A DNA stretch of 64,000 bases, taken from assembly GCA_965216315.1 (NCBI GenBank), contig CBDCFN010000016.1, forward strand, positions 960,001 through 1,024,000, written 5' to 3'. Source of the DNA: a bacterium (GTDB taxonomy: Bacteria > UBA10199 > 2-02-FULL-50-16 > JAJFLM01). Position numbers and translations under genes: made by a program. Under the pieces are notes generated by a model that saw only the letters and a program-made list of their open reading frames with translations, was not told the origin of the DNA and ran no database searches. This document shows positions 30,062 to 38,591 of the stretch, one piece after another; within the stretch, counting starts at the first letter, position 1; the number at the start of each line of letters is the position of its first letter.

Positions 30062-30433
30062 GTCAGGATAAACTTCTAGAGTCGATTTCATCAGAAAATC
30101 ACGCCGGTAAAGATCATTGTCGATCACTTTTTCATTCCAAATGATAATATCAAGGTCAACAGTACGTGGGGCATAGCGGTTATCCGTATGGTTGCGCCCT
30201 AGTAAGGATTCAATCTCTTTGAGCTCTGCTTTTAATGCGGGGAGTGAAAGGCTGGTCTGGATTAGGAATACGCCATTAATGAAATCAGGTTGGTTAATGT
30301 CTCCAATCGGCTCGGTCTTAATGAATTGCGACTCTTTGAGCAGGGAATAGCGTTCACGGAGCAAGAGGCGTGCTTTGTCCAAATGTTTCATCGGCTCAAT
30401 GTTAGAACCAAAACCTACGACGGCTTTATTCAT
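30014..30433 (-). CDS. folK: 2-amino-4-hydroxy-6-hydroxymethyldihydropteridine pyrophosphokinase
   Basis: GFGSNI, QPDFIN, IESLLGR, PRTVDLDII. Confidence 0.92.
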   Translation of the reverse strand: MNKAVVGFGSNIEPMKHLDKARLLLRERYSLLKESQFIKTEPIGDINQPDFINGVFLIQTSLSLPALKAELKEIESLLGRNHTDNRYAPRTVDLDIIIWNEKVIDNDLYRRDFLMKSTLEVYPDLIVPPQPDQRRQKKQ

Positions 30434-30783
30434 GATTGGCGCGTGGCGGAGCAGGAGACTGAAACGGACTCAGAAAATCGAAGTGCCTGTGGTTTATCGA
30501 CTTCGACCTCCGCCCATTCAACGAGTGGGTGATCCATGATTAGCTGCAGAATAGCATTGGATAGCTTTTCAATAAGAAAATACTGTGAAGTCTCGACGAG
30601 GTGAATAATACGTTTGGTGACCGTTTTATAATCAAACGTCTCTTTAATATCATCAGTCTCAGCGGCCCTTTGCCCATCAAATTTTATCTGTGCATTAATC
30701 AGTATCTCTTGTTTGTTCTGACGTTCCCAGTCAAAAACGCCGATAATCGTGCGGAGACGTAGGTTTTTTATGCGTATAGTCAT
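30430..30783 (-). CDS. folB: Dihydroneopterin aldolase (FolB/FolX family)
   Basis: IIGVFDWER..KQ, DY, LIEKL, KPQAL. Coupled to folK. Confidence 0.85.
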   Translation of the reverse strand: MTIRIKNLRLRTIIGVFDWERQNKQEILINAQIKFDGQRAAETDDIKETFDYKTVTKRIIHLVETSQYFLIEKLSNAILQLIMDHPLVEWAEVEVDKPQALRFSESVSVSCSATRQS

Positions 30784-30928
30784 GATGAGTGAAAGATTTG
30801 CTTAAATAATGAGTTCAGACAAGAAAAAATGATCCGGGATTGCAAGGTTCCATTGAAATTATTAGTGTTTCCAGGCTTTCCAAGTTGGTAAAAATCACAT
30901 AGAATCACGGACCAAAGGTTGAACTGAC

Positions 30929-31312
30929 GTGGTTGATGCGATTAGTAACGGAATTCGAGTTCAAGTGCAGAGCGAATATCGTGAGGAGGGTTCATCTCCG
31001 GAAGACGGTGTTTATATTTTTTCTTATAAGGTGACGATCAGTAATCACAGTGATCGAGACGTTCAATTAATGACGCGGCACTGGATTATTACCGACGCGG
31101 ATGGAAAAAAAGAAGAAGTTCGCGGGCCTGGTGTTGTAGGCATCCAACCAGTTATCGAACCGGGACACGCTTTTTCATATTCGAGTTTTTGCCCCTTAAA
31201 AACGCCTGTCGGCTCAATGCATGGAACCTATCAAATGGTGACGCGAGAGGGGAATGATTTTGAAGCGGTGATTGCCCCGTTTACCTTAGCAGTTCCCGGA
31301 ACTCTGCAGTAA
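30929..31312 (+). CDS. apaG: ApaG
   Basis: QLMTRHWIITD, GPGVVGIQP, TPVGSMHGTYQM. Confidence 0.95.
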   Translation: MVDAISNGIRVQVQSEYREEGSSPEDGVYIFSYKVTISNHSDRDVQLMTRHWIITDADGKKEEVRGPGVVGIQPVIEPGHAFSYSSFCPLKTPVGSMHGTYQMVTREGNDFEAVIAPFTLAVPGTLQ

Positions 31313-32345
31313 GCAGGTCCAGGTGGTCCGTATGGGTCCGCGTTTCGGGGTGTTCATCTCCCGCGATTCTTTCCTTAAATTCACGCATTCTGGCCTCGGC
31401 TTCACTGGCCTGTCCGTTGTGGCTTAAGGCTGTCGCGAGTAAGAGATGGGTGGCGGGGAAAAATCGATCGCTGACGCTATCCAGATAAACACTCAGGCTG
31501 AGGCTGTTAATGGCTGCGGGCCAATTGTTGAGGTGCATATAGCTAATGCCTAATTCAGCTTGAGGAAGGCTGTTGTCCCCCATATTGCGGCTGGCTTGTT
31601 TGAGTGCCTGAATAGAAAGATGTATTCTTTGTTGGCTACGCCAGAGTATGCCTAATTGAGTCCACACATACGAATGCGGTCGTTGCCATAAGGACCAACG
31701 TAAGAAATTTTCGGCTTCATCGGTATGGCCCAGGGCGCTGAGCGCGAGTGCCAGCTTGGTTGTCTGTCCGGGTTGGGGCCCGTCCTCTATGGAGGTTGAG
31801 TGTTCTGCGGCGCGGACAAAGTTGGCGATGGAAGTCGCATGATCTCCTGCACCGGCATCGGCATGAGCCATGCGAAACAGTGTGCTCGGATTGTCGGTTG
31901 CGAGGCAGGGTTTTCCGCCGGTTTCACGGAGCAGCGGCTTCAGCTTTTTGATGTCACTCCACAGCGTTGCCATATTTTCCGGATAAAGAACGTCGACGCG
32001 GGGGAGTTGGAGTGCAGCGTAAGCTTCCAGGTGTCCCGCAATGCTGGCGACGGCGGCTTGATTATGTCTGAGTTCAAGCAGATGCTGGCGGCCGCGCTGC
32101 AAGGTTTGAGCTGGCTCTTCGCCTGAGGAGGCCTGTTCGATCAGTTGGTCGACGGTCTCCATGTCAGTGGTGAGTCCCGCCAAGGCGTAGGAGCCGGCAA
32201 GATCTTGGAAGCTCAAGGTTAAGGCGGCAGAAGTTTGATGCTGCGTGGCATTGCGGATCCAGTGATTTACATTGCTGGTATGCAATGGACCTGTGGCCGC
32301 AAGAATAGGCGCAAGTGGGACCGATAATGTGAATATGCCCGACAC
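31281..32345 (-). CDS. Orphan protein with C-terminal TPR-like helical repeats (apparently leaderless, GTG start)
   Basis: 354-aa ORF with TPR-like LALALSALG..EA, LGILW, LGISY...A repeats. Motif 7 nt upstream of the start. Confidence 0.65.
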   Translation of the reverse strand: MSGIFTLSVPLAPILAATGPLHTSNVNHWIRNATQHQTSAALTLSFQDLAGSYALAGLTTDMETVDQLIEQASSGEEPAQTLQRGRQHLLELRHNQAAVASIAGHLEAYAALQLPRVDVLYPENMATLWSDIKKLKPLLRETGGKPCLATDNPSTLFRMAHADAGAGDHATSIANFVRAAEHSTSIEDGPQPGQTTKLALALSALGHTDEAENFLRWSLWQRPHSYVWTQLGILWRSQQRIHLSIQALKQASRNMGDNSLPQAELGISYMHLNNWPAAINSLSLSVYLDSVSDRFFPATHLLLATALSHNGQASEAEARMREFKERIAGDEHPETRTHTDHLDLLTAEFRELLR

Positions 32346-32352
32346 AGCTCAA

Positions 32353-32379
32353 CTATCGACAATCCCTGGAAAAAGTTGC
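32353..32379 (-). promoter_or_regulatory. RCAAC-N16-CGAW motif copy 3
   Basis: GCAAC-tttttccagggattgt-CGATAG-7 nt-GTG. Confidence 0.7.
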
Positions 32380-32427
32380 ACAAAAGATATGCCGCACTGC
32401 GTTATCATGGGTGGAGACTGGCGCGAA

Positions 32428-32454
32428 GCAACTTCTGATTGAGCTGACCGAAAG
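32428..32454 (+). promoter_or_regulatory. RCAAC-N16-CGAW motif copy 4
   Basis: GCAAC-ttctgattgagctgac-CGAAAG-6 nt-ATG. Overlaps the SD, so weaker. Confidence 0.4.
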
Positions 32455-32460
32455 GAGGCC

Positions 32461-33870
32461 ATGCAACTTGCGTCGCTGCCGATCCACCAGCTCCATGGCC
32501 TTCTCGTGGGGTATCAGATCAGTGCCGTTGATCTTACCCAGGAATGTCTCGCCCAAATTGAGGCCTTTGACGATGAGGTGAATGCCTTCATCAGCGTGAT
32601 GCCGGAGCAGGCCATTCAGGCCGCGGTGGCTGCGGAACATCGCTTGTTGGATAGAGATCGCGTCACCCCCCTGACGGGAATTCCCATTGCTATCAAGGAT
32701 AATATTTTCACAGTCGGGACGCCGACCAGTTGTGCGTCCCGCTATTTTGCCGGCCATCGGGCGGACTATGATGCCAGCGTGGTCCGCCGTCTCCAAGCCG
32801 CGGGCGCCGTCATTATTGGCAAGACGAATATGGATGAATTTGCAATGGGTTCTTGGGCGACGACATCTTTCTATGGTCCCACCCGCAATCCATGGGATTT
32901 GCAACGTTTGCCCGGCGGCAGTTCCGGTGGCAGCGCTGCGGCGGTTGCGGCGCACATGGCCGTGGCGGCATTGGGAACGGATACCGGGGGGTCCGTGCGT
33001 CAACCCGCTTCTTTGTGTGGTCTCGTCGGACTCCGTCCCACCCATGGCATTATTAGTAATCATGGACTCGTTCACTCGGTAGCGTCCCTTGATACTATTG
33101 GACCCATGACGCGTGAGGTGATGGACTGTGCCTATTTATTGAGTATTCTTATCGGCGAGGATGCTGCCGATCCTGCCGCGCGGCCTCTGGCGCGCGTCGA
33201 CCCTGATTTTCTAAGCGCCGGTATCAAAGGACTTCGCATCGGCGTGCCCCAGGAGCTGATGGAGACGCTGGAGAGCGATATTGATGGCGCGCTGGCAACG
33301 GCTCTGAATGAATTGTTGAGACTTGGGGCAAAGGTTCAAGCCGTATCGATCCCGAAAATCGAGACGGCCTTGGCGACCTACAATGTACTGGCTGCGGCTG
33401 GGGCCGCCGAGACGTTTAAGACAATTGACTTCGAGGGGGCGGGGCTGGGTGAGGAAGTGACGCGCCGGATTCTGGCCGGGGTGCGTTATTTAACGGGTGA
33501 TCAACAGGCCCGATTAGCAGAGGCGCGGCGGGAACAGTCGTCCCTTAAAAGGGCCTTCCAGCGGATTTTTAAGCGCGGTGTTGATATATTATTTGCGCCG
33601 ACTTCCCCCATAACCGCCATTCGACTCGATGAAATTGCCGATTACGACCCGGAACGCTTACACCTTTCCGATATGATGGTGGTCCCGGCAGCGTTGGCCG
33701 GCTTGCCGGCCTTGTCGCTGCCTGCGGGTTTTTCCACTGATGGCCTTCCCATCGGGATGCAGCTCATTGGTCCCGCCTTGTCGGATCAATGGCTCTTGCG
33801 CGTCGCTTATGCCTATGAGCAAAACACCGACTGGCATCGACGCCGGCCACCGCACTTAAGTGATCATTAA
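32461..33870 (+). CDS. Amidase signature enzyme (GatA-like)
   Basis: IKDN, GKTNMDEFAMGS, PGGSSGGSAAAVA, GTDTGGSVRQPA. No gatB/gatC adjacent. Confidence 0.85.
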   Translation: MQLASLPIHQLHGLLVGYQISAVDLTQECLAQIEAFDDEVNAFISVMPEQAIQAAVAAEHRLLDRDRVTPLTGIPIAIKDNIFTVGTPTSCASRYFAGHRADYDASVVRRLQAAGAVIIGKTNMDEFAMGSWATTSFYGPTRNPWDLQRLPGGSSGGSAAAVAAHMAVAALGTDTGGSVRQPASLCGLVGLRPTHGIISNHGLVHSVASLDTIGPMTREVMDCAYLLSILIGEDAADPAARPLARVDPDFLSAGIKGLRIGVPQELMETLESDIDGALATALNELLRLGAKVQAVSIPKIETALATYNVLAAAGAAETFKTIDFEGAGLGEEVTRRILAGVRYLTGDQQARLAEARREQSSLKRAFQRIFKRGVDILFAPTSPITAIRLDEIADYDPERLHLSDMMVVPAALAGLPALSLPAGFSTDGLPIGMQLIGPALSDQWLLRVAYAYEQNTDWHRRRPPHLSDH

Positions 33871-33881
33871 TGGGGTTGAAG

Positions 33882-34451
33882 TTATTTATTTTTCGCCGCT
33901 TGCGCGACGGCATACGCTTTCGCTGATTTTTTCACCTTGGCGATTTCATCATAAAGAGTGCGTTCTGCAGATTGATGTTGTTTGAACAGCTGAATAAGTT
34001 TTGCGTGCATCGCCTTGCCCTGGGCGCAGTCGTCATTTTTGTACTGTCCCTGTAAATAATAGGCGCTGGCTTTTTGCGCCAACGGAACAAGTTCTTCATT
34101 GACCTTGGCAAAGACGGCGGCGGCTGTCTCGAGCGTAGGGAAAGGCAGTTTGTTGGCAGCCCCCAGTTCGGCGGCCCCATTACATTTGGCGATGCTGTCG
34201 TGGTAGAGCGGATAGAGTCCGTAGACAACATATCTCTCCTGACAGGTCGGGCCTGTCTCCGGATCGACCCAGGAAAGATAGCGCTCATAGCTCTCATGGG
34301 TGCGTGGAACGGCCTTTTCGAGGCAGGTCGCGTAGCGCTCGATTTCGTTGCTAAAATCAGGTTCAGCAAACGGATTGGGTTTTTTATCGGCACACTGAAT
34401 TAGAGACAGACATAAAGTGCTTAAGATAAGCAGCCTTGATAAAGTTTTCAT
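33882..34451 (-). CDS. Helical lipoprotein, YiiG/DUF3829-like (start re-placed to ATG 34451)
   Basis: GAGGAGG RBS, lipobox-like LIQC, RYLSW...GPT, YY...YKNDD.AQGKAMH motif. Confidence 0.7.
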   Translation of the reverse strand: MKTLSRLLILSTLCLSLIQCADKKPNPFAEPDFSNEIERYATCLEKAVPRTHESYERYLSWVDPETGPTCQERYVVYGLYPLYHDSIAKCNGAAELGAANKLPFPTLETAAAVFAKVNEELVPLAQKASAYYLQGQYKNDDCAQGKAMHAKLIQLFKQHQSAERTLYDEIAKVKKSAKAYAVAQAAKNK

Positions 34452-34486
34452 AATGACCTCCTCAGTAGTCAACGTCGATCGAGAGA

Positions 34487-35821
34487 CTAGTCAGGAAGGT
34501 CCGGAATCGCAAGTTCTATGCCCAATTTCTGCTTGGCATGTTTGACGAGTAAGGGAAGCATCGGTCGTGCATCAGGACTGACTCGTGCCCAGTATGCCTT
34601 GCCAAGAGGGGTTCCGCGCCGGTACTCATCACAGAGCCATTTGATGAGATAGACACTATACGCAAAATTAAGTTGCAGGTTCTCATACTCCTTTTTGTCG
34701 AACATAATTCTTAATTCCGCATCCGCAAATTCAAAACAAGTTATGGCGACCATCCAATTATGGAGGCGTTCATTGAGCTCCGTGATGTGCCTCTGTGTAG
34801 AATTGAGAATGGCCGGCATTAATGAGAATTGGCGGTAGTGTTGGTTCATTTCGTTGCGTAATAGGGTGTGGGCGCGATCCCAGCTTGGGGGATGATGGTC
34901 CTCGAATAAATAACCCCAGCCCTGGTAGCCAGGATCCATGGAGAAGCGGACACGAAAAACCGCCTGCCCTTTGTGGCCTTGATGGCCGAGGGCTAGCAGG
35001 AAACGCTTACCGAGTGAGCCGTGACCGTCAGCTCGGAACTCGAGTAGCTCCCAGGCATGCTGGATTTTTTCGATTCTGTCTTGATCGAAAAGATCGAGTT
35101 TAACATCGATAGAAATTAAGTATTCCTTAAATTGAGCGAGGACTTCGGTGCGATCTCTTTCACGTGCAAAATCAAAGCCGAGTCGAGGGAAGACGTAACA
35201 ACCCGCCTTAGTGACGGGCAGTTCCAGGGCATCCAGCCCCAAGCGCTGGAGAAAGGCGATCTCACGTTGGGTGCGCCGACGGCCGATACCCTGACCCTGG
35301 AGTTGATCGTTGGTAATAATGAAACCGTCTCCTTGAGCGATCCATGCTTCGCCGAGCGCTGTTTTTGCCGGAATCTTACGCGCGGAAAAACCGATTTCTT
35401 CATGGTCACTACTTGTTTCGACAAAGGCGCGGATATAGAGGCTGGTTTCACCGATGAATTCCAGTTCGAGGCGTCCGAGTTGAAAGCCCTCGACGTCGAG
35501 GTAAAAGGCGGCGGATAATTCCCGAATGGTCAAGGTGCGCCCGAAGAGCTGCGGGCTCTTTTCATCGAGTGCGTGTGCGGTGCCAGCGCCGGCTGGTTTT
35601 TCAAAGATCTCCGGTATTATGCCGCGAAAGAAGGTGACCTGTCGGATAGGTTCATCGCTGGGGCCTAGATCAGCCAAGAAGCGCCTGATTGGCTCGGATC
35701 CGAAGCGGTTCCACAATTGCTCCCGGGTGGAGTCGCTCAGGTCGGAACTCAGTAGGGTCGTACTGGCCAGGACGGGTGCGCTAATGGTTGTCAGGCTTGA
35801 GCAGGTCGACAAGTGCCACAT
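34487..35821 (-). CDS. Orphan protein with a central GNAT-like segment (apparently leaderless)
   Basis: 444-aa ORF with QLQGQGIGRR (Q/RxxGxG) and GCYVFPRLGF motif-B-like segment. Confidence 0.65.
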   Translation of the reverse strand: MWHLSTCSSLTTISAPVLASTTLLSSDLSDSTREQLWNRFGSEPIRRFLADLGPSDEPIRQVTFFRGIIPEIFEKPAGAGTAHALDEKSPQLFGRTLTIRELSAAFYLDVEGFQLGRLELEFIGETSLYIRAFVETSSDHEEIGFSARKIPAKTALGEAWIAQGDGFIITNDQLQGQGIGRRRTQREIAFLQRLGLDALELPVTKAGCYVFPRLGFDFARERDRTEVLAQFKEYLISIDVKLDLFDQDRIEKIQHAWELLEFRADGHGSLGKRFLLALGHQGHKGQAVFRVRFSMDPGYQGWGYLFEDHHPPSWDRAHTLLRNEMNQHYRQFSLMPAILNSTQRHITELNERLHNWMVAITCFEFADAELRIMFDKKEYENLQLNFAYSVYLIKWLCDEYRRGTPLGKAYWARVSPDARPMLPLLVKHAKQKLGIELAIPDLPD

Positions 35822-35828
35822 GGGCCCC

Positions 35829-35855
35829 TAATCGCAGGATAGCCAGCAATGTTGC
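35829..35855 (-). promoter_or_regulatory. RCAAC-N16-CGAW motif copy 5
   Basis: GCAAC-attgctggctatcctg-CGATTA-7 nt-ATG. Confidence 0.7.
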
Positions 35856-35878
35856 GAGAAAAATAACGCGCAGCGTTA

Positions 35879-36778
35879 TTAGAGCCTTTTCAGGTAAAAT
35901 TCATTCGAGAAGAGGTCCTTCTCGACACCGCTTAAGTGATAGCTCCAGCGATACTTGCCATAGCGTGGTCGACCCTCGGCATGTTGGAACAGCGGCGCGG
36001 AGAAGGGGAGTTCAAAACGCTGTTGGCGCGTTTCCGCTGGAGCACGCATGGGGACGCGGTTCCATTTACCGCGAAAGAAGTGTTCCAGCTGGATATCTTT
36101 CAGTTTCGCGGGATCCAGCTGGGTCCATTGAAAGTGGAGGGTATTTCCCTTTAAGTAATCGTTTTTGTTGCTGGTGAGTTGAGTGGCGATATCTTTATCT
36201 AGAAAGCCGACGAGTTTACGTGGAAAAGGCCCGCGTCTTCCCCAAGTGCGTACGGGGCCGCGATCGACATGCACGAAATCCATGGGGCCGTAATAACCAA
36301 CGCCGCCGGTTTTGAGCTGCTCCACATAATCTCTGACGGTTTCTTCGCGAATCTCATCGATATGAATATCGGCCGCTTGACCCGCCATGTGGAAGCTTAC
36401 CGGGCTGACGGCATGACCTTCGTTTTGTAGTTGTTTGTTGAGGGCCTTGGTTCGGTAACCGGAAATAATCTCGATAGCGTCTGCTTCAAAATGATCTTGA
36501 AGATGATCGAGCAGGTCGATGAGTTCGATCTGCATCTTAATGACTGCGGAGTTATCGCGCGAGCGAAACATCCGATTGATTTCCGCGATCCCCGCCGCAA
36601 CAATTTTCCCGTTCTCGCGGAAGGTGACCTCGGAATACTCGTCGAGGTGATAGTTGAAGAGGCGGAGCCGACCATCCCCTTGCGGCGTGGCCCAGCAGGG
36701 GCTAAGTCCTTGGATAAACAGGAAAACCGCGGAGCAGAGAGAGAGGGAATATTTTCGGATGGGTGCCGACGGGACCAT
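35879..36778 (-). CDS. YcbK/DUF882 peptidase M15A family (peptidoglycan endopeptidase) with C-terminal extension
   Basis: IISGYR, SFHMAGQAAD, GGVGYY...FVHVDRGPVRTW. Confidence 0.88.
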   Translation of the reverse strand: MVPSAPIRKYSLSLCSAVFLFIQGLSPCWATPQGDGRLRLFNYHLDEYSEVTFRENGKIVAAGIAEINRMFRSRDNSAVIKMQIELIDLLDHLQDHFEADAIEIISGYRTKALNKQLQNEGHAVSPVSFHMAGQAADIHIDEIREETVRDYVEQLKTGGVGYYGPMDFVHVDRGPVRTWGRRGPFPRKLVGFLDKDIATQLTSNKNDYLKGNTLHFQWTQLDPAKLKDIQLEHFFRGKWNRVPMRAPAETRQQRFELPFSAPLFQHAEGRPRYGKYRWSYHLSGVEKDLFSNEFYLKRL

Positions 36779-36946
36779 GGGAATTCCGCTACCTCATGCC
36801 GGGAAACGAAGTCAATCAGGGTATCAGGTTGGAATTCACTTGACCCGGGAGAAGATGTTGCTTATCAACTCTAGCTCCATTATACTTTGCGAAATCAAGG
36901 GCTTATTAAAAAATATTGAACAGCACTCAGCTAAGGGGGTTTTGTC

Positions 36947-37459
36947 ATGAAGAAATACGCAATAATCAGCTCGTTAAGCCTGGCGGCAGTATTACTGCTT
37001 GCAGTGACTGCGGATGTAAGGGCGGAAACGATGATTCCGGAGGATCCAGCACCTGATGCTTGCGCCCTGGCCGAGCGTGAAGGGAAAAACTGCGATCGTT
37101 GGTATGAGATGGGACAGCCCGCGCCCAAGGTGATTGTCCTGCACAACATCCATTTTGATGTGGGCAGTTCCAACATCAGGCCGGAATCACGCCGCATCTT
37201 GGACGATAATGTCTCTCAATTGAGAGGGGCTAATAAGCGCATTCGTATCGAAGGTCATACGGATTCCGATGGGAGCGATTCCTATAATCAGCGACTCTCG
37301 GAGGCACGGGCCAACGCGGTGCGGAGTTATTTTGCCGGCAAAGGTATCAGCAGCAGTAACATGACGGCAGTCGGACGTGGTGAGAACAGCCCGGTAGCGA
37401 CCAACGCAACCCGGGCGGGTAAGCAGCAAAACCGACGCATTGAACTCTACATCGATTAG
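36947..37459 (+). CDS. OmpA-like peptidoglycan-binding protein
   Basis: Signal peptide, IHFD, IEGHTD..G...YNQRLSEARA, NRRIE. Confidence 0.92.
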   Translation: MKKYAIISSLSLAAVLLLAVTADVRAETMIPEDPAPDACALAEREGKNCDRWYEMGQPAPKVIVLHNIHFDVGSSNIRPESRRILDDNVSQLRGANKRIRIEGHTDSDGSDSYNQRLSEARANAVRSYFAGKGISSSNMTAVGRGENSPVATNATRAGKQQNRRIELYID

Positions 37460-37482
37460 TCCATAACGATAAGAACTTATTG

Positions 37483-37520
37483 AAACGGCACCTGGCTGAC
37501 GCTGGGTGCCGTTTTTTTTT
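37483..37520 (+). terminator. Intrinsic terminator
   Basis: AACGGCACCTGGC-tgac-GCTGGGTGCCGTT followed by a T tract. Confidence 0.8.
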
Positions 37521-38436
37521 ATTCTTTTGGGATGGTGCGAGCCAGATAGGATCGAAATGCTTTGGTCGCGAGTGGATGAAGCAACGGTGAAACCTCCGCC
37601 AAGATGGCATAGGACATGTCCTGAAAAGCCTGTAGATAGACCCTATATTCAGGGCTTTCCAGGCCAACCAGGCTTTTTAGTCGTGCCAGTTCGGACAGGC
37701 CAGGTCCCCAAATGTAAGCGACCAACCCACTAATGGTAAAATCCTTGGTTTCGATATCGATCGCATGATTCATCATCGTGTTGAGTACATCATGCAGAAC
37801 AGGGTCTGAGGTATATGCTTTCATGGCATCGTAACATTCATAGGCGAACTGGCGCGCGTATTTGTGGAGGCGGCCGATACAGTAGCCGTGAAAGATGTCG
37901 TGAATAGCAAAAATAAAAGGATCGACTATGACGCGGGCGTCACCGAGCCACAGGGGCGCCTCGGCCATGCCAATGGGATGTTGATTTTCTCGATGCAGGG
38001 CATTGATGTCATCTCGCTCAAGAATGCCTGACGAGCGGACCCACTGAATCGGTACTTGGTCGCGCCCATCGAACGCAATGGCCGCCGAGAGTTCTAGAAA
38101 CGAAAGGGAGGGGACATGCCAGATGACGGCGTCATCTTGGCGCCTGACGAGCAGAAGTCGATGACGCAACATGTTTTCAAGTCGCTTGAACAACCAGTTG
38201 ACGTCAAAATCGCTGGTTTCTCTCAAGGAATCGCGTGGCATCGTCAATTGAAGTACCTGCAAAGCAGCGCTGTCGTCTGGGTGCTGCTGAGAGAGTCGTG
38301 ATTCAATCGTGGTGACGAACTGAGGATCACCTAAAGGGCCCGTGTCAGCTAAGACGGAGATGCTTGCATGGGCTATGCGGGTGGAAAAATTGACGGCGAG
38401 TTGGGTCCAGGCCAGGTTCATATTTTGGCTCAGCAT
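37519..38436 (-). CDS. Orphan protein with HDxxH motif (apparently leaderless)
   Basis: 305-aa ORF with FAIHDIFH. Motif 7 nt upstream of the ATG. Confidence 0.65.
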   Translation of the reverse strand: MLSQNMNLAWTQLAVNFSTRIAHASISVLADTGPLGDPQFVTTIESRLSQQHPDDSAALQVLQLTMPRDSLRETSDFDVNWLFKRLENMLRHRLLLVRRQDDAVIWHVPSLSFLELSAAIAFDGRDQVPIQWVRSSGILERDDINALHRENQHPIGMAEAPLWLGDARVIVDPFIFAIHDIFHGYCIGRLHKYARQFAYECYDAMKAYTSDPVLHDVLNTMMNHAIDIETKDFTISGLVAYIWGPGLSELARLKSLVGLESPEYRVYLQAFQDMSYAILAEVSPLLHPLATKAFRSYLARTIPKE

Positions 38437-38443
38437 AATAGGC

Positions 38444-38470
38444 TCATCGGCGCTTGTGGGGATCTGTTGT
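38444..38470 (-). promoter_or_regulatory. RCAAC-N16-CGAW motif copy 6
   Basis: ACAAC-agatccccacaagcgc-CGATGA-7 nt-ATG. Confidence 0.65.
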
Positions 38471-38591
38471 GGCTATTTATTAGTGCGCTTTTTATATTTC
38501 TCATATGCATAAATATCTATAATAGATATATAATAATATATAATTATAATATATCTTTATTTTCGTGGGGCCGTGGAGTAAGCTCAACACA

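Noticed and set aside
32461..33870. Naming the amidase gatA
   Set aside because: No gatB/gatC nearby and a divergent middle region. Orthology cannot be established from the window.
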